Origin: an uncultured Actinomycetes bacterium
Lineage (GTDB): Bacteria; Actinomycetota; Thermoleophilia; RBG-16-64-13
Direction: 5' to 3'
Assembly (NCBI GenBank): GCA_963841735.1
Contig: CAWJDT010000001.1
Coordinates: 1,440,001 to 1,504,000 of the forward strand
Length of the DNA stretch: 64,000 bases
The translations under genes were made by a program, and so were the position numbers. Below are positions 1-9,725 of this stretch, piece after piece. The notes beneath the pieces are model-generated. The model saw only the letters and a list, made by a program, of their open reading frames with translations, was not told the DNA's origin and did not search any database. How positions within the stretch are numbered: the stretch's first letter is position 1; each line of letters starts with the position of its first letter.

Positions 1-4
1 TGTC

Positions 5-601
5 GTGGGGGAGGCGGCCAACGGTGAGGAGGCCAAGGCGTTGGTGCAGAGCCTGTTGCCCGACGTGGTGCTCATGGATGTGCGCATGCCGGGAACCGAT
101 GGGCTGCAGGCGGCGACTTTCATCCTTTCAGCGCCCGAACTGGCCGGGGTCCGAGTGGTAATTCTGACCACGTTCGATGTGGACGACTACATCTTCAAGG
201 CTCTGGAGATGGGAGCAAGTGGCTTCTTGCTCAAGGACGCCGACCCCGAGGAGATCGTCCGCGCCATTCGGGCGGCAGCAGCAGGCGACGCCGTTCTCTC
301 TCCCACAGTCACTCGGCGCCTGATCGCCGACTATGCCCACAGGCCACGCCGACCAGCGCTCGAGGCCGGTGCTCTTGACGCCCTCACCGAGCGTGAGCGG
401 GAGGTGATGGCTCTGGTGGCCCGAGCACTCTCCAACGAGGAGATAGCCGCGCAGCTCTTCATGAGCCCACTCACTGCTAAGACCCACGTCAGCCGGATAC
501 TGGCCAAGCTCAGCGCGCGCGACCGGTCGCAACTGGTGGTGCTGGCCTACGAGCTGGGCCTGGTAGAACCCGGTGAGCCCCGCCAAGACGACAGCAACTA
601 G
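5..601 (+). CDS. NarL/LuxR-family DNA-binding response regulator (5'-truncated at window edge)
   Basis: Receiver motifs DVVLMDVRMP and GFLLKD; C-terminal LuxR HTH LTEREREV...TAKTHVSRILAKL. Confidence 0.95.
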   Translation: MGEAANGEEAKALVQSLLPDVVLMDVRMPGTDGLQAATFILSAPELAGVRVVILTTFDVDDYIFKALEMGASGFLLKDADPEEIVRAIRAAAAGDAVLSPTVTRRLIADYAHRPRRPALEAGALDALTEREREVMALVARALSNEEIAAQLFMSPLTAKTHVSRILAKLSARDRSQLVVLAYELGLVEPGEPRQDDSN

Positions 602-630
602 GCGGCAGCGATGCGGCTGCGACGCCAAAG

Positions 631-670
631 TACTCCGTGGGGAGTAGGCAAATATCTCCCGTAGGCCGAT
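631..670 (+). promoter_or_regulatory. Putative response-regulator operator upstream of the ABC operon
   Basis: Palindrome TACTCC-gtgg-GGAGTA at 631-646 with a degenerate second copy at about 653-670, between the regulator and the ABC genes. Confidence 0.45.
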
Positions 671-761
671 TCCGCGGCGTCACATCCCTGGTAGCCTCCA
701 ATAGCCGCTTCGCAAGTCGCGGCGGCTTCTTCTCTAGCCATACATCTCTCAAGGGAGGTTC

Positions 762-1739
762 GTGCCCGTGCCAGTCACATCAACAGCGGTCGAAGAGGGT
801 AGCAGGAGGCCGTCGAGTCCCGAGGAGGGACACCCAGTCGTTCTCTCGACTCACGGCTTGACAAAAGACTTCAAGAATCTTCGCGCGGTGGATGATCTCA
901 ATCTCACCGTAAACAAAGGGGACGTCTTCGGCTTTCTGGGCCCCAACGGCGCCGGTAAGACGACGACCATCCGGATGATGTTCGGCCTCATCTACCCGAC
1001 CGAGGGTCACGTCGAGGTCCTAGGCCGGAAGGTGCCGGCGCAGCGCCAAGATGCCCTGCGGCACATGGGCGGTTTCGTAGACGACCCCATGTTCTACGGC
1101 AACATGACCGCGCGCCGGAATCTGCGCTTGCTGGGGAGCATGAATCGTCCCGTGACCGAGGAGCGCATCACGGAGGTGCTGGAGATCGTGGGTTTGTCCG
1201 ACAGGGCAGGCTCCAAGGCTGGGGGTTACTCCCACGGCATGCGGCAGCGACTCGGCATCGCCCTTGCCCTCATCCACAACCCCGAACTCATCATCCTGGA
1301 TGAGCCCACCAGCGGGCTCGACCCTGCCGGCATGAAAGACGTGCGCGAGCTCATCCGCAATCTGGCGACCGCGGGCACCACTGTCTTTCTTTCGTCCCAC
1401 CTGCTCCACGAGGTCGAGCTGGTGGCGAATCGCGCCGCCGTGGTGACCCGGGGCCGTTTGCTTAGGCAGGGGCCGGTATCGGAACTGCATCCGGACAGCA
1501 CCGCGGTGAAGATCAAGACCAGCGATCAGGCGCGGGCCTGGGAGATCCTGCGGCCGCTGCTGACTGCCGCGGACATCCGGCAAGACGAGGACTACATCGT
1601 GGTCCTGGACGACGGCAATGGCCGCGCTTCGGGACTGGTGCGCAGACTGGTGATGGACGGCGTCGACATCGAAGCGATGGTCCCCGCCTTCGAGCAGGGC
1701 CTGGAAGACATGTTTCTAGAGCTTACGGCCAAGGAGTAG
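762..1739 (+). CDS. ABC transporter ATP-binding protein (BcrA-like exporter)
   Basis: Walker A GPNGAGKT, signature YSHGMRQR, Walker B IILDEP, H-loop SSH. Confidence 0.95.
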   Translation: MPVPVTSTAVEEGSRRPSSPEEGHPVVLSTHGLTKDFKNLRAVDDLNLTVNKGDVFGFLGPNGAGKTTTIRMMFGLIYPTEGHVEVLGRKVPAQRQDALRHMGGFVDDPMFYGNMTARRNLRLLGSMNRPVTEERITEVLEIVGLSDRAGSKAGGYSHGMRQRLGIALALIHNPELIILDEPTSGLDPAGMKDVRELIRNLATAGTTVFLSSHLLHEVELVANRAAVVTRGRLLRQGPVSELHPDSTAVKIKTSDQARAWEILRPLLTAADIRQDEDYIVVLDDGNGRASGLVRRLVMDGVDIEAMVPAFEQGLEDMFLELTAKE

Positions 1740-1741
1740 AC

Positions 1742-2566
1742 GTGGGACACGTTAGACGAGAATTCACCAAGCTTCTCTTTCAGAAGCGCACGTACATCGG
1801 CTGGGGAGGCCTGTTCCTGCTCCCGTTCATCTTTGGGCTGGCCTTCAAGCTCACCACCGGGCCGGGACCGCACGGGGAAAGCGGCGATGCGCTGGGCGCG
1901 ATGATGATGCAGGGAGTGAAGAGCAACGGTCTGTACTTGGGTCTCCTGGCCCTCCTCATGCTCGCCACTTTCCTTCTGCCTCTGCTGGCATCCATGGCAG
2001 GATCGCAGACGGTCGCGGGCGAAGCCGAGAAGGGCACCCTGCGGACCACGTTGATGCAGCCGGTGAGACGCAGCGGATTGCTGGTTTCGAAATGGGTGGT
2101 TGCCAATATATACATGGCCGTCGGCCTTGCCATCCTGGGCGTCTCTTCGCTCGCAGCCGGAGCTGCTTTCTTCGGACTGCACCCCTTGGGTATCGTGTCG
2201 GGGGGGAGCATGAGTGCCGGAGCAAGCGTGCTGTGGTCGCTGGCGGGGTACGCGTACGTGATGGCGGGCATGCTGGCGGTGGTTTCGCTGGCGGTGCTGC
2301 TCTCTGCTGTCACCGAGTCAAGCCTCACCGCCGCGGCAGGTGCGCTGGTGACGGTGATCGTCATGCTGGTGTTGGGCAGCCTAAGCGTGTTCGACTTTCT
2401 GCAGCCCTACTTGATCACGAGCCACCTGTCGGCCTGGGGCAACTTCTTCGAGCGCCCGCTGGATCTGGCGCCCATTTGGAAGGGCCTGGTCTGCTTCGGT
2501 GCCTGGGGTGCCGGCACGCTGGGTCTGGCGTTGTGGCGCTTCAGCAAGAAGGACATCAGCTCGTAG
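1742..2566 (+). CDS. ABC-2 type exporter permease
   Basis: About six hydrophobic segments, GEAEKGTLR...PVRR motif, starts 2 nt after the ATPase. Confidence 0.9.
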   Translation: MGHVRREFTKLLFQKRTYIGWGGLFLLPFIFGLAFKLTTGPGPHGESGDALGAMMMQGVKSNGLYLGLLALLMLATFLLPLLASMAGSQTVAGEAEKGTLRTTLMQPVRRSGLLVSKWVVANIYMAVGLAILGVSSLAAGAAFFGLHPLGIVSGGSMSAGASVLWSLAGYAYVMAGMLAVVSLAVLLSAVTESSLTAAAGALVTVIVMLVLGSLSVFDFLQPYLITSHLSAWGNFFERPLDLAPIWKGLVCFGAWGAGTLGLALWRFSKKDISS

Positions 2567-2635
2567 GATTGAGGCGGAGAGAAAGCGACCGCCAAAAGAG
2601 AGCGGCCTGGCACTGAAGACACGGATCGGAGGGCC

Positions 2636-2713
2636 ACCGAGGGGGGCGTGAGGGTCGGAGAAAAGCTTTGCGTACTCGCTGTGCTTTTCGGAGACCCTCA
2701 CGCCCCCCTCGGT
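2636..2713. terminator. Long inverted repeat, probable bidirectional terminator
   Basis: Perfect 21-bp arms ACCGAGGGGGGCGTGAGGGTC (2636-2656) and 2693-2713, inner GAAAAGC/GCTTTTC stem, between convergent genes. Confidence 0.7.
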
Positions 2714-2716
2714 CAC

Positions 2717-4633
2717 TCAGAAGTTCATCTCGAAGTGGAACACTCCCTCGTTCAGCGTACTGGTGACCTTCATGCCGCTGTGGTTGATGACAGCCTGCAT
2801 GGGCTTGTTGGCGCGCATCACCTCGGCCGTGAACCCGGCGATACCGTTGCGCTTGGCGATCATGGCAAGGTGCTTCATGATGAAACCGCCGATGCCTTGC
2901 TTCTGCCAGTCGTCGCGTACCACGAAGGCTACCTCGGCGCGGTTGGTCTTCACATCGAGATAGTAGCGGCCGATGGCGATGATCTCCTCACCGTGAGCCT
3001 CGGGCACCGTGCCCACGATCGCCACTTCGCTACGGTGGTCGACGTAGACGAAGTTCTGCAGCTGCTTCCTAGGTATGCGCTTCATGTGTGACATGTAGCG
3101 GTAGTAGACGGTCTCCTGGGACAGTGAGTAGAAGAGGTCGCGTGTGGCGGGCTCGTCTGTGGGATTCATAGACCGGAAGCCGATGAGCGTGCCGTCGTCC
3201 AAGAGCATCGTGGTGCGGACTTCCTTGGGTCCGACGAGGAGGCGGCCTTCCACGTCCGCCATCTCAGGCCGCACCCACTTGTACTCCACGGCCTTGGAGA
3301 GCAATTCTTCGCGGAAGTCGGGATGGGCGATGGTGATGAGGGCCATGGCCCTTTCTTGCACGCTTTTGCCATGTAGATAGGCGATGCCGTGCTCGGTCAC
3401 CACGTAGTGCACGGCCCCCCGGGTGGTCACCACGCCTGCCCCCGGTTTGAGAGTGGCGACGATGCGAGAGGCCTTGCCGCCCACAGCCGTCGACGGCAGA
3501 GCGATGATGGCCCGGCCGCCCGCGGAGCGGCCGGCGCCTTGGTTGAAGTCGGCCTGGCCCCCGATGCCCGAGTAGAAACTCGAACCTAGAGAGTCGGCGC
3601 ACACCTGGCCGGTGAGGTCGACTTCGAGCGCCGTGTTGATGGCTACCATTTTGTTCTGCTGACCGATGACGAAGGGGTCGTTGACGTATTCAGTGGGGTT
3701 GAACGAGAAAAGCGGGTTGTTGTCCACGTAGTCGTACAGCTTCTTGGTGCCCATGGCGAAGGTCGTGACGATCTTGCCCCGGTCGGTAGACTTCTGCGCG
3801 CCCGTTATCACACCAGCATCAGCCAGGATGGTGATGGCTTCGGTGATGACCTCGGTATGAATGCCCAGGTCTTTCTTATCTTTGAGGCACATGGCCACTG
3901 CGTGGGGGATCCGGCCAATGCCTATCTCCAGGGTCGACCCATCCTCCACTAGCGAGGCGACATGTTCACCGATGGCCTGGGTGATTGGCCGGGCATCTTC
4001 CGCCCAGGCTCCCGTTTGCACATCGTCTATGAAGCCGGCGTATGCAGTCTCTATGAGGGGCTCGTCCACCGGTACCAAGATATCGAGATCGAAGATGCTG
4101 ACGAGGCTGTCGCCCATGGTCCACGGCATCTGCGGGTTGACCTGCGCGATCACAAGGCCGGCATTGGCCGTGGCCGACTTGACAATATCCACCGAAACGC
4201 CCAGGCTGCAGCGCCCCTGTTGGTCGGGCTGCGTCACCTGGATAAGGGCGACATCGATAGGCATCTCTCCACTGGCGAACAGGGAGGGGATGTCGGAGAA
4301 CGAGATGGGGGTGTAGTCCCCGTATCCCTCTTGGATCATGTTGCGGACGTTGGCCGATATGAAGAACGTGTTAACCGAGAAGTAGTCGGCCAGTTCCTTG
4401 TAAGCATAGGGAGCGTCACCCAGAGTCAGGGACGACAGCACTTGGGTGTCGGCGAGTTCGGTGTGACGCGCGACCAAGGCTCGTATCAAAGTCAGGGGCT
4501 GCGCTACCCCGCTGCCTATGAAGATCCTCTGCCCTGGTCTGATCTTGGACACCGCCTGTTCGGCGGTCATGGTCATGCTGGCGTATTTCTTCTGCCAGTC
4601 GGCTTCGTAGTCGTGTTTGGGGAAGGCGGTCAT
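2717..4633 (-). CDS. Acetyl-CoA hydrolase/4-hydroxybutyrate CoA-transferase family protein fused to a C-terminal GNAT domain
   Basis: GIGRIP, GIHTE (catalytic Glu), SGIGGQADF, VVTEHG; C-terminal Pat-type GNAT EVAFVVRDDWQKQGIG. Confidence 0.9.
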   Translation of the reverse strand: MTAFPKHDYEADWQKKYASMTMTAEQAVSKIRPGQRIFIGSGVAQPLTLIRALVARHTELADTQVLSSLTLGDAPYAYKELADYFSVNTFFISANVRNMIQEGYGDYTPISFSDIPSLFASGEMPIDVALIQVTQPDQQGRCSLGVSVDIVKSATANAGLVIAQVNPQMPWTMGDSLVSIFDLDILVPVDEPLIETAYAGFIDDVQTGAWAEDARPITQAIGEHVASLVEDGSTLEIGIGRIPHAVAMCLKDKKDLGIHTEVITEAITILADAGVITGAQKSTDRGKIVTTFAMGTKKLYDYVDNNPLFSFNPTEYVNDPFVIGQQNKMVAINTALEVDLTGQVCADSLGSSFYSGIGGQADFNQGAGRSAGGRAIIALPSTAVGGKASRIVATLKPGAGVVTTRGAVHYVVTEHGIAYLHGKSVQERAMALITIAHPDFREELLSKAVEYKWVRPEMADVEGRLLVGPKEVRTTMLLDDGTLIGFRSMNPTDEPATRDLFYSLSQETVYYRYMSHMKRIPRKQLQNFVYVDHRSEVAIVGTVPEAHGEEIIAIGRYYLDVKTNRAEVAFVVRDDWQKQGIGGFIMKHLAMIAKRNGIAGFTAEVMRANKPMQAVINHSGMKVTSTLNEGVFHFEMNF

Positions 4634-6744
4634 TGCGCACCTCCTTCGCTCAACTGAATCCGCGCGTCTGCCGCCACCGAGTCTTCGCCCGGCCTGCCCA
4701 CGATGAACGGGTTGATGTCGAGTTCTTCGATCTGCGGGAAGTCGGTGACCAACTGGCTGATGCGTTGCAGAGCCTCACCGATGGCTGCCAGGTTGACTCC
4801 CTGTTCGCCGCGGACGCCCTCGAGCAGCTTGTACGACCGGGTGCCCATGAGCATGTTCATGGCTTCGCTCGAAGTGATCGGGGCCAGGTGGAACGTGACA
4901 TCCTTCATCACTTCCACGAAGATACCTCCCAGCCCGAACATAAGCATTGGACCGAACTGCGGGTCGCGGGTCATGCCCAAGATGACCTCGCGGCCCTTGG
5001 GCACCATGCGCTCCAGGTATACCCCTTCCAGCAAGGCGTCGGGAGCTTTGCGGTTGATGCGGAGCATCATCAACTCGAATGCGTCGGCAACCTCTTGGGC
5101 ACTGCTTAGATTGAGCTTCACGCCGCCGATGTCCGACTTGTGGATGATGTCAGGCGAGACGATCTTCATAGCGAGGGGATAGCCCAGACGGGGGGCCGCC
5201 TCGGTGGCTTCTTCCACGGTGCTTACCAGGCGGCCGTCTGGCACTACAAAGTCGTAGGCCCGCAGGATGTCCTTGGCCTTGACTTCGCCCACGTAGGTGC
5301 GTCCCGTACGGAGCTGCCGGGTGATGACACGCTCCACCCTGCGCCGGTTGACGGGATAGCGAGCCACTATACGGGGCGGGCGCTGCCGCCAGGCTGCGTA
5401 TTCCACCATGGCTTTGAGAGCCGCCACTGCTCGCTCCGGCGAGGGGTAGTCGGGCAGGTTGTGGGCCACCAACTCATCACGGCCCGGCAAGATGTCCTCG
5501 CCCCCCATGAAGGTGGCAAGCACCGGCTTCTCGCCCCTGACGGACGCGGCGATGGCCCGGGCCGTCTCGGCCGGTTTGGTCATGGCCTGGGGCGTGAGGA
5601 TGATGAGCACGGCGTCGACGTTAGGGTCGTCCTGTGCGGCCTCGACGGCCATGGCGTAGCGCGAGGGGTCGGCGTCACCAAGGACGTCGATGGGGTTGCC
5701 AACACTAGCGGCCGCCGGCAGCTTGCTCCGTAGGGCGGTGGCGACCGACTCGTCTAGTACAGTGACTCTGAGGCCGGCCGACTCCACCGCGTCGGCGGCC
5801 ATGATGCCCGGGCCGCCTGCGTTGGTGATGATCGCCACCCGGTTGCCCTTGGGTAGCGGCTGCATAGCAAGGGCCGTGGCCAGGTCGAACAGGCCTTCGA
5901 AGGTGTCGGCGCGAATGACGCCGGCTCGTTTGAAGGCGGCCCCGTAGGCGATGTCGGCGCCGGCCAGAGCCCCGGTGTGCGACGATGCGGCTTTCGAGCC
6001 GGCGGTTGTGGTACCGGCCTTGAGTATGACCACCGGCTTGACGGCTGCCACCGATTCGGCAACTCGAATGAACTCATCCCCGTTGCCTATGCTTTCCAGA
6101 TAGCCCACGATGACTTTGGTCTTGTCGTCATCAGCAAAGGCTGAGAGGAAGTCGATCTCGTCGAGGTCGGCCTTGTTGCCGATGCTGAGCAGGGTGGCCA
6201 GGCCCAGCTTGCGGGCGGCGGCCCAGTCGAGGATGGCCGCGCACAGAGCGCCCGACTGCGAGAGCACCGAGATGCCCCCTGTCAGGGGCATGTGGTTGGC
6301 GAATGTGGCGTTCATCTTGTGGTGGGTGTTGATGAGCCCCAGGCAGTTCGGGCCCATGAGGCGCGCGCCCGCCTGGCGGCAAAGACCGGCGATCTCGCGC
6401 TCCAGCTGAGCCCCGTCCTCGTCGACTTCTTTGAAGCCGGCGGTGATGATGACCACCGCCTTGGCTTCGGCCTTGAGTGAGCTGATGACCGCTCCCCTAA
6501 CCGCGGTGGTGGGCACGGCGATCACGCTCAGGTCGATGGGTTTGCCCCATTCCTCCAGGCTTGTGTAGAATCGCTGTCCCATTAGTTCGCCCCCAGAGGG
6601 GTTCACGGGAACGATATCACCTTCGAATTCCCCCTCGATTAGGTTGGCCACCACGGCATAGCCGACCTTCCCCAACGTACGTGAAGCCCCCATGACCGCG
6701 ACGGTCTTAGGGTAGAGCAGGCATTCAAGCATTTGAAAAACCAC
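4630..6744 (-). CDS. Acyl-CoA synthetase (ADP-forming), fused alpha/beta subunits
   Basis: CoA-binding N-terminus, GPNCLG, SQSGA, phospho-His SHTGA, NPIDVLGDA, ATP-grasp HKSDIGGV and DINP; 4-nt overlap with the next gene. Confidence 0.92.
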   Translation of the reverse strand: MVFQMLECLLYPKTVAVMGASRTLGKVGYAVVANLIEGEFEGDIVPVNPSGGELMGQRFYTSLEEWGKPIDLSVIAVPTTAVRGAVISSLKAEAKAVVIITAGFKEVDEDGAQLEREIAGLCRQAGARLMGPNCLGLINTHHKMNATFANHMPLTGGISVLSQSGALCAAILDWAAARKLGLATLLSIGNKADLDEIDFLSAFADDDKTKVIVGYLESIGNGDEFIRVAESVAAVKPVVILKAGTTTAGSKAASSHTGALAGADIAYGAAFKRAGVIRADTFEGLFDLATALAMQPLPKGNRVAIITNAGGPGIMAADAVESAGLRVTVLDESVATALRSKLPAAASVGNPIDVLGDADPSRYAMAVEAAQDDPNVDAVLIILTPQAMTKPAETARAIAASVRGEKPVLATFMGGEDILPGRDELVAHNLPDYPSPERAVAALKAMVEYAAWRQRPPRIVARYPVNRRRVERVITRQLRTGRTYVGEVKAKDILRAYDFVVPDGRLVSTVEEATEAAPRLGYPLAMKIVSPDIIHKSDIGGVKLNLSSAQEVADAFELMMLRINRKAPDALLEGVYLERMVPKGREVILGMTRDPQFGPMLMFGLGGIFVEVMKDVTFHLAPITSSEAMNMLMGTRSYKLLEGVRGEQGVNLAAIGEALQRISQLVTDFPQIEELDINPFIVGRPGEDSVAADARIQLSEGGAQ

Positions 6745-6906
6745 GTCCTCTCGAAATCAACAAAGCCTAGCTGGTAAGTCTATCTGGTCCGCATAGCGCG
6801 GCCGCAACTGTTGCGCGAGGCGCAAGCGATGATTCATGATACTACGACAATGGGCTAGAATGGCCCCCAGCATGGTTCATCTAGGCGACCGTCGACCTGG
6901 CTGAGG

Positions 6907-8248
6907 GTGGTGCCGGTGCGGAATGTGCTTAAAAGCTTGGGAGTCGCCGTCGCGGTTGTCGCTCTGTGCGGGCCGCTGATCTTCTGGCCGGCCGACGAAG
7001 CGAGGCCTGCCACTCTCGATCTCTCGCAGGTCACGGTGACCGTACCTCCTGTAGTCGTGGTAGCCACCGATCTCCCCGATTCACAGACCACCACCACTAC
7101 TACCACCACCACCGAGGTATCGGTTGAAACCGTTACCACCACCACGAGCACGACCGAACTCACTCGGGAGATAACCATCGCCGCCGTCGGGGACGTTCTG
7201 CCACATGTCGGCATCCTCAGTTCGGCTCGAGACTCAATTACTGGCGAGTATGACTTCTGGCCCATGTTTCGCCCCATCGCCCCCTATTTGGCCAATGCCG
7301 ACTACACGGTCGCCAACCTGGAGACTAGGCTGGCCGGTCCCGCGACCGGGTACACGGGATACCCCATGTTCAACTCGCCCATCGAACTTGCGCAGGCGCT
7401 GAAGAAGGCGGGTGTTGACCTCGCCGCGACCGCCAACAACCACTCCCTTGACAGGGGATGGCCCGGGATCGTGGGCACGCTCGATCGCCTGGACCAGGTG
7501 GGTGTCGCTCACGTGGGCACCTACCGCTCCATGGCCGAGAAGCGGACTCCGTTGGTGGTCGACATCGATGGGATCAAGGTGGGCTTCATCAATTACGCTG
7601 ACTGGCTGAACGACCAGGAGCCGCCCAAAGAGCAACGCGGCCTATGCCGTCAACACCCTCGACGTGGACGAAGTGGCCGGGGAGGCTATGCTGGCACGCA
7701 TGTGGGGCGCGGAAGTGGTGATCGCCATCCTGCACTACGGGGAGGAATACGGACGTCAGCCGAGTGCTGAGCAGATCAAGGTCTCACAAGGGACGGTCGA
7801 CTATGACGGTCTTCTCTCCCGGGGAGTGGACGTGATCATTGGCGCTCATCCGCACGTGGTGGAGCCCATAGCTCACCTGCTGCAATACGCCGCCTGGAAG
7901 GCCAACGACACCTACGTGGTCTACTCCCTGGGCAACTTCGTCTCGGCTCAGCGCCAGCGCTACACCGACAGCGGGCTTATCGCCTACATCCACATCCAGA
8001 AGACCGGCCTGCGGGTCAACGTCACTGGAGTCAGCTATCTGCCTGTATACGTGCAGCGCTCTGTGACGCAGTATCCGGTGCAGTACCGTATTCTGCCGGT
8101 GTTGCCTGGACTCAATCCGGGCAGCGACGTGCCCCTCAGCCTGGCCGACGATCAGCGGATGGACCAGGTATGGGAGGAACTGGGGCCGATGCTCTATCGT
8201 CCCGACGAGAGCATCAAGCCGCTGGATCCGGCCGAACTCGGCCTCTAA
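6907..8248 (+). CDS. CapA/PgsA-family metallophosphatase-like protein (frameshift near 7635)
   Basis: AVGD, NLET, ANNHSLD, H-x-G-x-EY, GAHPHV, YSLGNF across ORFs 6907..7770 and 7664..8248; N-terminal anchor and Thr-rich linker. Confidence 0.85.
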
Positions 8249-8302
8249 ATTTGCACATGCCCATGTTTACTGCGTCACCGGTTCTGGTAGCATCCCCAGA
8301 CC

Positions 8303-8692
8303 ATGCTTGAACTAGAGAGGAACAGTCCCATCGAGGCCATCGCCCTCAGTGAGTTCTTCGCCCGCTGCGGCTGGGAGGAGAGCGAGGCGGCCACCAAGCT
8401 CGAGTGGGCGCTTGCTGCGTCCGACGAGTGGGTCGTCTGCAGGCTCGACGGGCAGTTGATCGGATTCGGCCGCTTGTGCAGGCTGGACCCGGTGAAGCGA
8501 GTGGTCTTCGATGTGCTTGTTGACCCTCGTTTCAGGGAGACCGGGCTTGGGCACGAGATCGTCCGTTTGTTGACCGAGAATGCGGACAACCTGGAGGGAG
8601 TGCCGGCGTTCAAGGCGCCCCTTGCTTCTCCTCAGGCCTATCTCGGACGATCGTGTGAGCTCTTACTCAGGTGCTGCTCCGCGAGACAGAGT
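8303..8692 (+). CDS. Small GNAT acetyltransferase-like domain, in frame with the downstream dehydrogenase
   Basis: GQLIGFGRL...[18 protein letters not shown] resembles GNAT motif A; 3' end uncertain. Confidence 0.6.
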
Positions 8693-9709
8693 ATGAGCGG
8701 ACACAGGGTCATCTGCATCCCCGGCGACGGCATCGGTCCGGAGATCATGGCCGCCGCGAAGGTGGCGGTGTCTGCTGCCGGAGCTGCCATTGAGTGGGTG
8801 GACATGGACGCCGGGGCCGGAGTGATCGAGAAGTACGGCACCCCGCTGCCCGAAGCGGTGATCGAGGCCATCCGGGTGACGGGAGTGGCTCTCAAGGGGC
8901 CCGTCACCACTCCGGTGGGATCCGGTTTTCGCAGTGTGAACGTGGCCTTGCGGAAGGCTCTGGACTTGTACGCGAATCTGCGGCCGGCCGCCAATATGCC
9001 CGGCATCCGGTCCCGCTACGAGGGGATCGATCTGGTCATCGTGCGCGAGAATACCGAAGACCTCTACGCCGGTATCGAGCGGATGGCCGACCCGGACACG
9101 GCCGAATCGGTGAAGATCATCACTCGCAAGGGCAGTGAACGGATCGCCCGCTTCGCGTTCGAGTACGCCCGCAGGGAGGGCCGCCAGAGGGTCACTGCTG
9201 TACACAAGGCCAACATCATGAAGATGTCCGACGGCCTGTTCTTGGAGGTATCGCGCCAGGTGGCTCAGGGCTTCCCCGAGGTGGAGTTCGACGACCGCAT
9301 AGTCGACAACATGTGCATGCAACTCGTGCAGTATCCGGAGGCCTACGACGTGCTCCTTTGCCCCAATCTGTACGGGGACATAATCAGCGATCTGTGCGCG
9401 GGACTGGTGGGCGGTCTAGGCGTGGCGCCGGGAGCCAACATCGGCGAAGGCATCGCCGTCTTCGAGGCTGTACACGGCTCGGCTCCCGACATCGCCGGGC
9501 AGGACCGGGCGAATCCTACCGCGCTGGTGCTTTCGGCGGTGGCCATGCTCAGTCACCTGGGCGAAGTGAAGGCTGCCCGGGCTCTCTTGGAGGGCACGCG
9601 CGCTGTGATCAGTGCCGGCGACCGGGTCACGGCCGATCTGGGCGGCACGGCGGGCACCATGGAAATGGGCGAAGCCATCGCCGAAGAGGCCGGCAGGCAG
9701 GCAGGCTGA
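8693..9709 (+). CDS. Isocitrate/isopropylmalate dehydrogenase family (NAD-dependent IDH-like)
   Basis: [53 protein letters not shown]; ATG at 8693. Confidence 0.9.
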   Translation: MSGHRVICIPGDGIGPEIMAAAKVAVSAAGAAIEWVDMDAGAGVIEKYGTPLPEAVIEAIRVTGVALKGPVTTPVGSGFRSVNVALRKALDLYANLRPAANMPGIRSRYEGIDLVIVRENTEDLYAGIERMADPDTAESVKIITRKGSERIARFAFEYARREGRQRVTAVHKANIMKMSDGLFLEVSRQVAQGFPEVEFDDRIVDNMCMQLVQYPEAYDVLLCPNLYGDIISDLCAGLVGGLGVAPGANIGEGIAVFEAVHGSAPDIAGQDRANPTALVLSAVAMLSHLGEVKAARALLEGTRAVISAGDRVTADLGGTAGTMEMGEAIAEEAGRQAG

Positions 9710-9725
9710 CGGACCGGGTGCCCGA

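Noticed and set aside
7081-7155. ACC-rich repeat
   Set aside because: Encodes the poly-Thr linker of the CapA-family protein
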